From Cenarchaeum sp. (GTDB taxonomy: Archaea; Thermoproteota; Nitrososphaeria; Nitrososphaerales; Nitrosopumilaceae): a stretch of DNA of 64,000 nt. Shown in pieces: positions 50,887-61,522 of this stretch (positions within the stretch are counted from its first letter, which is position 1; every line of letters begins with the position of its first letter). The stretch covers positions 1,568,001-1,632,000 of the forward strand of contig CBDESU010000001.1 of NCBI GenBank assembly GCA_965242695.1. Reading direction: 5' to 3'. The notes beneath the pieces are model-generated. The model was given only the letters and a program-made list of their open reading frames with translations, did no database searches and was not told where the DNA came from. The position numbers and the translations under genes were made by a program.

Positions 50887-52339
50887 TTGTTCACGTCATA
50901 AAGATTTGACTTATTTTACCCAAACTATTTGACGCGGTCAGGGTCTGCAAACAGTGGGATGTATTTTTTGGGCGACTTCGGTACCGGTTGATCGCCGTAT
51001 TTGCGGATTATATAATTCAACGCTCCTTCTTTACCATGTCGATTTTTTCTTCGCTTTATGTTTCGCCTGTATGCATACGGACTTCTCAATAGATATTTCC
51101 AAAGGTTGAGGCGAGGGTTTAACATAGTGTTAAGGTATCTTAGTGTCTTCCGCCTCTTTTTTGTAATACTTGAAAAATATTCATCATAGAACTCGGCAAG
51201 CTTGGTTTGGCGCCAATTTGCCTCCTGTAGACTCAAGTATGACGACCCCGGTGGAAGATAAAATATGATTATCATGTTTTCCATCTTGTCAATGAAATCC
51301 TTTAGTTTCTTGGACTTGTGCCATCCTGCGTTGTCAGAGATCACCACGATTGGGCCGAATTCTTCGACCGCTTTTTTCAAAAGCTTGATGACACCATCAG
51401 TGTTGGCTGCGTCGTACATAACGTTGCAATGCCGAGCAACGCCATTTTTGTCGGGCTCGGTGGTCAGTCCCAGTGCGACACACTTGGAACCCTCTCCAAT
51501 GTAGGGCACCTTGACGGCCTCGCCCGGGGGCGACCAGTAGATCAGCTTGCCGTTCGCGTCTTGGTATACTATCATCTCGTCCTCGATCACCACTAGATAA
51601 CCCTCTTTTTTGAGCGCCAAAATCTGGGGTAGGACCACTTTGCGCCAGTAGTAGACCTCGTGCGGTTCGGGCGATCCAACGTGTGCCTTCTCTGCCTTCT
51701 TTCCGGTCAGGCCTTCCTCGTGCAGTATGCGCAGGGCCTGCCTTTTGGACATTCTTAACTTGCACAGTTTGTACATTTCAGTGATAAGCTTGCGGGGGGT
51801 AATACGACCGCCGTTTTTCTTGATATTTTTGATCGCCTTTTTGACCAGTTTGCGATCATAAACGTGCGGTCGTCCCTGCCCGCCCTTATCGTACAGCCCG
51901 TTGACCCCCTTCAAGGTGAATCTTTTCATGTAATTTCTGACCGAACCTGTGGATACGCTTAGCTCTTCCGCGGTCATTTTGCAGGCCTTTGTTTTTTTCA
52001 TTTTTGATTTTTTGATCTTTACGCGAACAGAATTAACAACTAGCATTCTTTTTAGAGCCCTTGGATCTTTCTCCACCTTGATTGCTCTTTGGAGATTTCC
52101 TAACCTCATTGCCCGCCGACGCTCAGCGGGGTCTATTATATCTAGGCCTGCGTCCAAATGCCTAGAATGAAAAATTGAGTATCAGCTTTTTAGTATAAAT
52201 GATTAAAATCTATGGAATCAATTGATATCAAATCAAGTCCTGGGTGGAGTGTATGCAACCACATCGTCTGCAATCGATCGTTAATGGTTGATGGTTGGCT
52301 TGCTTCACAATTAGTGTCAAAACTTTATGTCCTAAACAA
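50887..52339 (-). mobile_element. IS630-family element, 1453 bp
   Basis: Imperfect TIR TTGTTCACGTCATAAAGATTTGAC / TTGTTTAGGACATAAAGTTTTGAC; TA duplication at 50885-86 and 52340-41. Confidence 0.9.
50925..52157 (-). CDS. IS630 transposase
   Basis: HTH with GQGRP, EDE, DNAGWH, LPPGSSYLSLQEANW. Confidence 0.9.
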   Translation of the reverse strand: MDAGLDIIDPAERRRAMRLGNLQRAIKVEKDPRALKRMLVVNSVRVKIKKSKMKKTKACKMTAEELSVSTGSVRNYMKRFTLKGVNGLYDKGGQGRPHVYDRKLVKKAIKNIKKNGGRITPRKLITEMYKLCKLRMSKRQALRILHEEGLTGKKAEKAHVGSPEPHEVYYWRKVVLPQILALKKEGYLVVIEDEMIVYQDANGKLIYWSPPGEAVKVPYIGEGSKCVALGLTTEPDKNGVARHCNVMYDAANTDGVIKLLKKAVEEFGPIVVISDNAGWHKSKKLKDFIDKMENMIIIFYLPPGSSYLSLQEANWRQTKLAEFYDEYFSSITKKRRKTLRYLNTMLNPRLNLWKYLLRSPYAYRRNIKRRKNRHGKEGALNYIIRKYGDQPVPKSPKKYIPLFADPDRVK

Positions 52340-53816
52340 TACTGCGCTAGGAGGAATCAGCAAAGTGCTGGAAAATGAAAAACGGACAATTGTAATAATT
52401 TCATCTCCACAAAAACACATTGCTGATCAATGGAGAGAGAATATAAAATCATGGAATCAAGGTGTTAAAAAAAAGGATGCGTTGGGAGAACGAGTAGTCA
52501 TGGCCTATAGCGAAAATCCCAGATGGAAAAAAGATATGGATGAATTGGTGTATAAGTTTAACAAGAATGTAATTGGCCATGATCGATTTTTAGTCAATAG
52601 TTGTATAATATGTACAACACACAACACATTTGCGACAGATAAGTTTATTAACAGGATACTCATGATGAAGAAAAACAATGCCAATGTTTTATTAATAGCA
52701 GATGAAGTACATGGAATGGGTTCCCCCAATCGTCAGAACGGGTTGAGTATGCATTATCAATACCGGTTAGGTCTTAGTGCAACACCAATACGTCATTACG
52801 ACGAATTAGGCACAAAAAAAATCCAGGAATACTTTACAAAAACAGTCTACGAACTCCCACTTCAAACAGCGATTTCTGAAGGCTATCTGGTCCAATATAG
52901 TTACCATCCACACTATATCGAACTTACTGATGCAGAGCTAATCGAGTATAGGGATCTAACGATAAGACTCGCTAAAAAATACATGGCCAAAGCAAGGGGT
53001 GAAAAAGTTGATGAAAGTGACACGAGATTGGAAGAGATGAGATCTAACATAATTGCTACGGCCATAAATAAGTATAATCAATTTGAAAATATAATAGATG
53101 GGTATGGAAATTCTCTTACGCGGTGCTTGGTATATTGTCATCCAAAACAAATTGATACTGCAACAAAAATTTTGACTGCGAAAAATATCATAAACACAAA
53201 AATTACGTGGAAGGACCCTGCTCATGATCGAGAACGGATCATTAATGCACTGGAAAACGAACAATATCAATGTGTCACTGCGATACGTTGCCTAGACGAG
53301 GGGTACGATATACCGGCCGCAAAGTTGGCCATAATTTTAGCTAGTTCAGGAGATCCCCGCCAATATATACAACGTAGAGGAAGAGTGTTACGGCGATTTC
53401 CATGTAAGGATCACGCAGAAATACATGACATATTAGTAAAACCGTCACGAATTGTTGATCAAAATGTCGAAGTGTCAAGATACATAAAAAAATTAGTGGC
53501 GCGTGAACTACTACGTCATAAAGAATTTGCAGATGCCGCATTCAACAAAAAAGAAGCATATGAAAAGGTTTATGATACGGCACAAAATTATGAAATTGTC
53601 TTGGATGAACTTTCACCGTCGTATATAGAATCAATTTAAAGATTATTTTCATAAAGCAATATTACCCGCTCCAGATCAGATCAGATCTCCCATACAACAT
53701 TAGTACTGCCGATCGTAATGTCACATCATCTGTCGTATTACCGGTTCTGTCAATTGTACATTGAGGCCGACAGACGTTTAAAACCGTCAAGCCGTGTTCT
53801 GAAAAATTCAGAGGGG

Positions 53817-55500
53817 TCAGTCACGGTGTAACCGATCTATCTTGTTGTAGTGCATGGAGTCTCGTTCACGTGCCTCTATTACGTTAGCCTTTACATCTTC
53901 GGTCAGCTGCTCAGAGAGCGGAAGGCTGCAAGGGTCTACGGCCAAGCGGCGGCTCATGCAGTACTCGGCAAGGCAGTAGTACACGTCGCTAATCAGCGTG
54001 GGCAGCACATCCGCGTACAACGGACGCCCCGGCACGGCTTCCGACGGGCCTGCTGGGCCGCCCGGGGAAGCCGGAGGGCGTGCCACCAGAGATGCGTTCG
54101 CCGCCACCGCCCTGCCGCGCCTCCTGCACAGGCCTTGCATCCTCGGCCCCGCCGTCGACGTCGACTGCGACCTCGGACCGCCCTGCCGTGCCTCCTGCAC
54201 AGGCCTTGTATTGCCCCGATCAGCTTCTGCAGCACGGCGCGCTCGGCGCGTGCGGATGGCCGGGCCTCGCAGGCCATCGCATGGGTCGACTTGACGGCCG
54301 TCATGAGGTGGAGCGCATGATCAAGCAAAGAGCCTTCGTCGTCGTCGGCATCGTGCCATCTTGTGGGCGGGCCAAGGTCGACGAGGGCTTGATCCTCAGG
54401 GCCTACCGGCGATGCGTGCCGTCCGCCCGCCAGGTCGCGCCAAGCGCCGACAACCCGCCCCAGGCCATGCCTCAGTTCGTCAAGGCGTTCCGGCACTGGG
54501 CCGAGCCCGCACGCTTTCTCGAGCAGGTCTGGAAGGCCCACGCCCTCGAGCCCCAAGGCGGCATCTTTCACTGCCTTCGGCCACGGTGGCTAGGGCGCCC
54601 AGTGGCATCCAGTATACGGCGGCCCTCGTCGGTCAGGTCGTAGTAGTAGTGCGGTTTGTTGACGGGCCTCGAATTGAAGTCGGGGTCTGCGATGATCCAC
54701 CTTTGGCACCCCTCTGGCGCGCCGTGCAGCCTTGCGCCGCGCAACGGGTCGTACCGGCGATCGCCGCGCGACGGGCCTCCCATCCGCCGATCAGACTCTG
54801 CCTCGACCAGTGACAGGGCCGCGCCAATGCCGGCGTGCGAGCAGATCGGGCCGGTCGCGTCTAGGATCAGCATGGTGGTCCATATGTAGCCGGGCACCGT
54901 GCGGATATCGGGATCGGTCGATGCCACCGGCTCGACTGTCAGTATGTGATCGGGGCTGCGCGGCACCGGCCTCGGCGTATCCAGCCACAGCGCGGCGTCC
55001 TGTAGCGGTCGGACGGACCAGGTTTGAGGGCGTATGAAAGGTGGTCAAAGTCGGACATGGTCGTGACCTCTTCGAGCCAGGTTTGAACCTGGTCGTAGAG
55101 TCCGAGCCGGCCGAGCAGCCATCCCCTGGCCCTGAGCCGGTGCCACGGCGTGTCGGACTCCTTGGCCTCGTCGCTACCATAGTACTCTAGCGCGGCGCGG
55201 TAGCCGCCGCGCCCTACCGCATCCCGCATGTAGCCGCCTATGCGGTGGTCGTCCAGCTCGGGCCTGGCATACAGGCCATGCAGGGCCGCCGCCGGCGCGG
55301 GACGGACCGCGGGATACAGGATCTTGGCGGACACTCGGCCCTGCGGCGGATTTCTGAGGGCCTGCCGAGTGCTGCCCAGGCTGACCACATCGTATCCAGA
55401 GGGGCCCGGCATTCTGGGCGCAACATCTTCGCCGCCGCCCCACGGTACCGCCCCGCCAGGCGCCTCGGCGGCCCCCCTGTCCGACGCCACACGGTAACTT
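53817..55500 (-). pseudogene. Frameshifted paralog of the 538-aa wHTH-like protein
   Basis: Homologous segments spread over ORFs 54939-55586, 54568-54966, 53993-54571, 53817-54200. Confidence 0.75.
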
Positions 55501-55589
55501 CCCACGCGGCGGGGTCGCAGGCATGCCATATAAAAGTGGGGCGTCAACCGCTGTCCCGCCAGTCGTCGTGTAGGATCCTGCCGCACAGA

Positions 55590-57206
55590 TCACTTGGCGC
55601 CAGGACGGCCATCCACATCGCTGTAGAGAGGGTTGTCCTTTGTGAGCGCCTCGATTATTTCGGCCTTTTCCTCATCGGCAAACTGCTCGGAGAGCGGAAG
55701 GCGGCACGGATCCACCGCCAGGCTGCGGCTCTCGCAGTACTCGCCCAGGCAGTAGTACAGGTCGCAGATCAGCGCGGACGAGACGTCCGAGAAGAGCGGG
55801 CGCCGCGGCGCGTTTTTTCCATTCCACCCTGTACCGCCGCCCTCGAATACGGCATCGGGGCCGGCCCGGGATACGACCGCCGCCACTGCCACGGCATGCT
55901 TCCTGCACTGGCCCCGCAGCGCCCCGATCAGCGTCTCCAGTACGGCATTTTCGGCGGCGGAGGTCGGCTTGGCCTCGCATGCGATCTTGTGGGCCGGCTC
56001 GAGTACCGCCATGAGGGAGAGCGTATGATCTAGCACAGTCCCGCCGATTGCGTCCACATTGGGCAGATTTGTGGCCGCCCCCAGGTCGGCCAGCACCTGA
56101 TCCTCCGGGCTTACCGGTGCTGCATCGATTCCCTTTTCCTGGTTCTCCCATGCGCTGTGAAGCATGGCAAGCTTGTCCCTTATTTTGCCGAGATCTTCCC
56201 GCGGGCCGCCAAGCCTGCATGCGCCCTCTAGCAGGTCGGGCAGCGACATGCCCCCGAGCCCCGATGCGGCCGCCTCCACCGCCTTTGGCCACGGCGCGCC
56301 TGCGGCCTTTGCATCGCGCAGGGCCCTGCGCCCCTCGTCTGTCAGGTCGTAGTAGTAGTGGGGTCTGCTGATGAACCACGGGTCAAAGTCGATGTCGGCG
56401 ATGATCCACCTGTGGCATCCCTCCGGCGCGCCGTGCAGCCTTGCGCCGCGCAGCGGGTCGTATCGACAGCCGCCGCCTGCATGGCCGCGCATCGGCCGAT
56501 CCGCCTCTGTTCCAACCAGGAAGGCAGCAGCCCCGAGGCCTGCGTGCGAGCAGATAGGGCCGGTCGCATCAAGGATCAGCATGTTGGTCCATATGTAGTC
56601 CGGCACCGCGCCGGCGTCGGAGGCAGCCGCCGCCACCGGCTCGAGCGTCAGTATGCGATCCACGCTGCGCGGCACCGGCCTTGGCGTCTCCAGCCACATT
56701 GGCGGCGTCCTGTAGCCTGCACGCGGGCCCGAACAGGCGTCGTCCAAGAGATGGTCAAATTGGTCTAATGGTGAAACGTCTTCAAGCCAGTCTTTCATCT
56801 GATCACAGAGTCCAAGCCTCCCGAGCAGCCAGCCCACGGCCCTGAGCCGGCGTCGCTCCGTATGGGCCGCCTTGGCCTCTTCGCTGCCATAGTACTCTAG
56901 CGCGGCGCGGTAGCCGCCGCGCTCTATCGCATCCCGCATGTAGCCGCCAGTCGACTCGCTGTCCAGTTCGGGCCTAGTGTGCAGTGCGAGCTGTCCCACC
57001 AGTGTCGCCGACCGGGCCGAGTGGCGCGGCGCCGCGAGCGAAGCCAGACTCTGCATCTCGCCACCAACAGCCAGTGGAGTGCCTGCCGTAGTGCCAGCGA
57101 CAGGACTGGCGGTAGTGGCGGCCCCGGGCGCCGTGCCCTCGCCGCGGCCCCATGCGGCTACCACGGTCGCTGGCATGTCGACTGGCGCCTCGCAGCGCTT
57201 TCCCAT
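55590..57206 (-). CDS. Hypothetical protein with divergent YwgA-like winged-helix domain
   Basis: LILDATGPI.S...L.AAAFLV, YDP...HG.P, YYYDLTDEGR; TATA-like TTTTATA about 22 nt upstream. Confidence 0.65.
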   Translation of the reverse strand: MGKRCEAPVDMPATVVAAWGRGEGTAPGAATTASPVAGTTAGTPLAVGGEMQSLASLAAPRHSARSATLVGQLALHTRPELDSESTGGYMRDAIERGGYRAALEYYGSEEAKAAHTERRRLRAVGWLLGRLGLCDQMKDWLEDVSPLDQFDHLLDDACSGPRAGYRTPPMWLETPRPVPRSVDRILTLEPVAAAASDAGAVPDYIWTNMLILDATGPICSHAGLGAAAFLVGTEADRPMRGHAGGGCRYDPLRGARLHGAPEGCHRWIIADIDFDPWFISRPHYYYDLTDEGRRALRDAKAAGAPWPKAVEAAASGLGGMSLPDLLEGACRLGGPREDLGKIRDKLAMLHSAWENQEKGIDAAPVSPEDQVLADLGAATNLPNVDAIGGTVLDHTLSLMAVLEPAHKIACEAKPTSAAENAVLETLIGALRGQCRKHAVAVAAVVSRAGPDAVFEGGGTGWNGKNAPRRPLFSDVSSALICDLYYCLGEYCESRSLAVDPCRLPLSEQFADEEKAEIIEALTKDNPLYSDVDGRPGAK

Positions 57207-57783
57207 ACGTCGGGGGCGCCTGCTTGCAGTATAAAATGGGTGTGCCGGCCGCAGTCCCGCCTAGCCGTGTTACTGGTGCCTATTGCGCAGATCAGTCAAG
57301 CGTGGGCCGGCCCCCGTGCGGCAGATAGGCGTCGAACTTCCCCCGTCTTTGATTTCATCACAGCGTTGCCAACCCTACGAAGCAGATAATGACGATATCC
57401 GTGAAATACGCTGTCGAGAGAGCCGTAAGGGCACAGCGCGGGCCCCTGCCGGCGCACCGATGCGGCCCGCCCCGCCTACAAGAATCGACCCCCTAGGCGG
57501 TAGGTATCGACTACTTTAAGCCCAAACGTCTTGAAGATCTCGTCGGCAAAGATGGTAAAGTCCATATCATGGGTCCAAAACTCCACCGTGTACAGCTGTG
57601 CATAGTGCGCTGCTGTCGACAGTATTTTAAGGTCGTTGACGTCGGATCCTAGAACTGGATCTTCCAGTAACCGGCCTTTTTTCTTCTTCCAGCTAGCAAA
57701 CTTTGAGTTTTCAGGATCATCGCTTATCGAGGCATACATTTTTCGTGCGGCAGAAACATGCTCGAGCTCGTCGTGACGCTTTA

Positions 57784-59345
57784 TAGGGGTTCTACTAAAG
57801 TTGACAAGAATTGACCAGGTGTCAAGATCCCTTCACCCCTGTGGTGGTATAGCAGGGACGACAGGGTAGGGCATGGGGCGAAAGGGATCGATTCCAGTGG
57901 GCAAGGGCTTCATGCCTGGCACGAGCGCCCACAAGCTCAAGCGCCTTGCCAACAAGGAGATGGACGCGCTGACGGCCAAGAGGTACATGGCCTCGTACCA
58001 CCGCAAGAAGGGCAGGTCGTTCAACGAGATAGCCGGGATGGTCCTTGCATCGTACGACGCGGTCAGGGACTGGCTGGTGAAGATGCACAAGGGGGGCCTG
58101 AAGGCGGCCCCGCGGGGCAAGAGCCCCGGCAGGCGCCGATCAATTCCGCTCGAGATCCGCTGGGAGTTGATCATGGACGTCTTCATGGGGCCGCAGGCGG
58201 CCGGCTACAAGGCCAACGTGTGGACGTTCAAACTCCTGCACGACCATCTTGAGAAAAAGTACAAGGTGAAGATAGCATACTCGACGGCCGCAAAGAACTT
58301 CAAGGAGATGGGCATACGGCTCAAGGTGCCCCGCCCCGCACACCCAAAGGCGGCGAGCCTCGAGGAGCGGCTCGCCTTCCAGGCGGAGGCGCGCGCCAGG
58401 ATCAAGGAGGCCGCCGCGGCCGGCTACCATACGGTCTTCATCGACGAGGGCCATGCGCAGGGCTACAAGAACGGGCGCGAGACGGCGGGGTGAGGGGGGT
58501 CGAGATCGTGCGCACGTCGAGCGTCGGGCGCGCACGCCTGAGCTTCTTCGTAGCCGTCGGCTACGGGTGGGTCTTCGTCATGGAGTGCCCCGGCCGGGCC
58601 AACAGCGAGGCGTACATGAGGTTCCTTGACAGGGTCAGCGCCCTAGTCGGCAAGATTCAGACCATAGACGACAACGCCGGATACCACACCTCGGACAGGT
58701 CCAGTGACCACATCCGGGACAACGCGGACCGCCTGAGGCGCATACCCACGCTTCCGTACACGCCCAACGACAACGTCGCCGAGCCGCAGATCCGCGGCAT
58801 AAAGACCGCCATGTCCAACGTAGGGCTCGACAGCGTCGGGGCCATAAGCGGCGAGCTCGGGTGGTGCTTTGAGAGCGACCTAGTCGTCCCGGTCGAGTTC
58901 TACGACTATGCGACTACGGTCGACGCGCCGCAGATCAGCCCCCGCAAGGCGGCGGGGATCAAGAAAAGGCTCGGGCCGGGAGAGCACTTTGTGTACGTGC
59001 AGAGGAGAATGCCGGAAGAGGAGATCACCCTGCCGACCATCGAAGAGATTCAAGCGAAGGAGGACAAGATACTCCCTCCAGAAAAGCGCACAGAGTTACC
59101 CCCTGTGCTGGCCAATTCGAACATTCCTGCCAACTTTCTTGCGAGGCTTCCCCAGATATTGCTTGAGGAATAGAGTGGCATGCCCCGCTGCGATAAATGT
59201 TGCACTTGTGCCGCGCTGCGGAATAACAATTTACGATACAATTGTTTTGTGTAACTGTTTTGTGTAACTGTTTTCTGTGACTTTTTTTCGACCGTAATTG
59301 CATGCAATCTTCAATACGTTTTCGTGAACTCAGATAGAACCCCTA
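57784..59345 (+). mobile_element. IS630-family element, 1562 bp
   Basis: TIR starting TAGGGGTTCTA at both ends; TA duplication 57782-83 and 59346-47. Confidence 0.9.
57873..59173 (+). CDS. IS630 transposase in two overlapping frames (57873-58493, 58490-59173)
   Basis: HTH, PGRR, KVPRPAH, FIDE in ORF A; DNAGYH, LPYTPNDNVAE in ORF B. Confidence 0.8.
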
Positions 59346-59641
59346 TACGTGCTCAAGGTATTTAGAAAGCATCTTTTGCGCAGGCCCCATCACTCTCTGG
59401 GCCGTTTGATGGCCCAATTTTTGTATCAGGTCTTTGGAAATGTTGCGCTCTGCCTCAATCGCCGCCGTTTCGGGGACAAAAACGTGCGGCAGTTGATCTA
59501 GGCATCTCCTCATCACGTCCGCCCTGCGCCCGGTCGGAGGCATGCCAGAGTCATGCAGCATCCGCTCTCTGACATAGTCGATCACGCCATTGGCATCGGC
59601 GCACACATGTATCGTGGGATGTCCGCCAGGGTGCATCTGTA

Positions 59642-61205
59642 TCACCCACCGCTGCGCGAATCGGCCATGTCGGCGTAGAGGGGGTTGTCCTTTGTGAATG
59701 CCTCCATCATAGACGCCTTTTCCTCCTCGCTAAGCCGCTCGGAGAGCGGAAGGCGGCGCGGATCAGATGCCAGGTTGCGGCTCTCGCAGTACTCGCCCAG
59801 GCAGTAGTACAGGTCGCAGATCAGCGCGGGCGCCGCGTCCGAGTACAGCGGGCGCCGCAGCGTGTTAGCCACCAGCCCCGTGTGGGCGTCGCTCGCAGTG
59901 GCAGTGTGTTGAATCGCCCGGGACGCGGCCGCCACTACAGCATCTGCATGCCTCCTGCACTGATCCTGGAGCGCCCCGATCAGCGCCTGCAGTACGGACA
60001 CCTCGGCATCCGAGGGAGACTCGGCTTCGCATGCGATTTTGTGGGTCGACTCAATCACTGCCATGAGGCAGAGGAGGTGATCTGCCGCTGAGCCTGTGCC
60101 GCTGCCAGGGTGGGGCCGCCTCGCAATCGTCCCGAGGTCGACTAGCGCCCGATCCTCTGCATTCATCGGCGTCGCATCCGTTCCTTTTTCCTGGCATTCC
60201 CATGCATCGAGAAGCTGTGCAAGCCCGTCTCTCATCTTGCCAAGATCGTTACGGTTGCCGCCAAGCCCACATGCGCTCTCAAGCAGGTCTGAAAGGGACA
60301 TGCCCCCGAGTCGCGATGCTGCCGCCTCCGCCGCCTTTGACCACGGGGCGCCGGCAGCCCTAGCAGCCGCCAGTATCCCGCGCCCCTCGTCGGTCAGGTC
60401 GTAGTAGTAGTGGGGCTCTTCAATGAGCCACGGTTCAAAGTCGATGTCGGCAATGATCCACCTGTGGCAACCATCGGGCGCGCCGTGCAGCCTTGCGCCG
60501 CGGAGCGGGTCGTACCGGCCAGGGCCGCATGCCTGGCCGCGCATCTGCTGACCCGCCCCCGCGCCGACCAGGAACGCGGCCGCGCCGAGGCCGGCGTGCG
60601 AGCAGATAGGACCGGTCGCATCAAGGATCAGCATGTTGGTCCATATGTAGTCCGGCACTGTGTGAATGTCTAGATCGGGCGCGGCGGCCGGCTCCACCGT
60701 CAGGATGTGATCTGCGCTGCGCTGGACTGGCTTTGGTTCTTCCAGCCACAGTGCGGGCGTCCTGTAGGCGGCGCGTTGGACGGATACGCGGGCGTCCAAG
60801 AGATGGTCAAAGTCGGGCAGAGCTGTGGCCTCTTCAAGCCAGCTATCCAGCTGATCGTAGAGCCCGAGCCTCCCGAGCAGCCAGCCGCGTAGCCTGAGCC
60901 GATGCCACGGCGTGTCGGATTCTTTGGCCTCGTCGCTACCATAGTACCCGAGTGCGGCGCGGTAGCCGCCGCGCCCTATCGCATCCCGCATGTAGCTGCC
61001 AACCATGTCGCTGTCGGGTTCGGGCCTAGCAAGCAGGACACGGGGTGCCGCCAAGGTCGTCGACGGGGCAGGGCGGCGTAAAGTCACGTTGGCCAGTGCC
61101 ACGCTCTGCGGGACATCCCCGATCGCTTGTTGCATGCCACCCTTGACGCCAGTGACTGGCCGGGCCGAAGCGTCCTCTAGTACGACATTCCCGTCGGCGC
61201 CCCAT
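59642..61205 (-). CDS. Paralog of the 538-aa wHTH-like protein, coupled to the PIN gene (start uncertain)
   Basis: Highly similar to 55590-57206; stop overlaps the PIN start (GTGA). Confidence 0.65.
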
Positions 61206-61522
61206 GGCGCCTTTCCGCCTACCGCCTTGCCAATCCTGGCGCTCGGCGCCTCGTGTCGATCACCCACGCGGCAAGGTCGTATGGATCCTATATAAGCCGT
61301 ACGCCGGCACAGATCGCAGGCTGGGCGCATGCCCGGCTCGAAGACGCCGTGGCTCGAATCGGCCAACGGGGCATCCCACCCGCAGCGCGAGTCAAGTGCC
61401 CCAAGTCGACGACAGACACTGCAAGCGATCTGCCCGGCGATGTGCATTCAACGGATGCCCGGCTTGATGGGGTCAAGATAGGAGCGGTGGCAGTGCCACG
61501 CCCTCGCCCGGTCCCACCCAGC

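Larger units (their letters stand above)
50019..53639 (+). pseudogene. PLD-nuclease + SF2 helicase (PbeA-like), split by IS630 (50019-50886 and 52342-53639)
   Basis: YDRLAGYFSS, FHQKVGI..SGSVNET, LRDYQ, MATGTGKT|YTAL, DEVH, LSATP, DEGYDIP, QRRGRVLR; removing the IS restores a 721-aa frame. Confidence 0.88.
57476..59645 (-). pseudogene. PIN-domain protein split by IS630 (59645-59346 and 57781-57476)
   Basis: VCADAN, VPETAAIE, NDLKIL, FWTHDMDF; empty site gives in-frame ...LEHV|KRHDELEH..., 201 aa. Confidence 0.8.

Noticed and set aside
59243-59285. 13-bp tandem repeat as a terminator or iteron
   Set aside because: Lies inside the IS630 right end; no independent evidence of function
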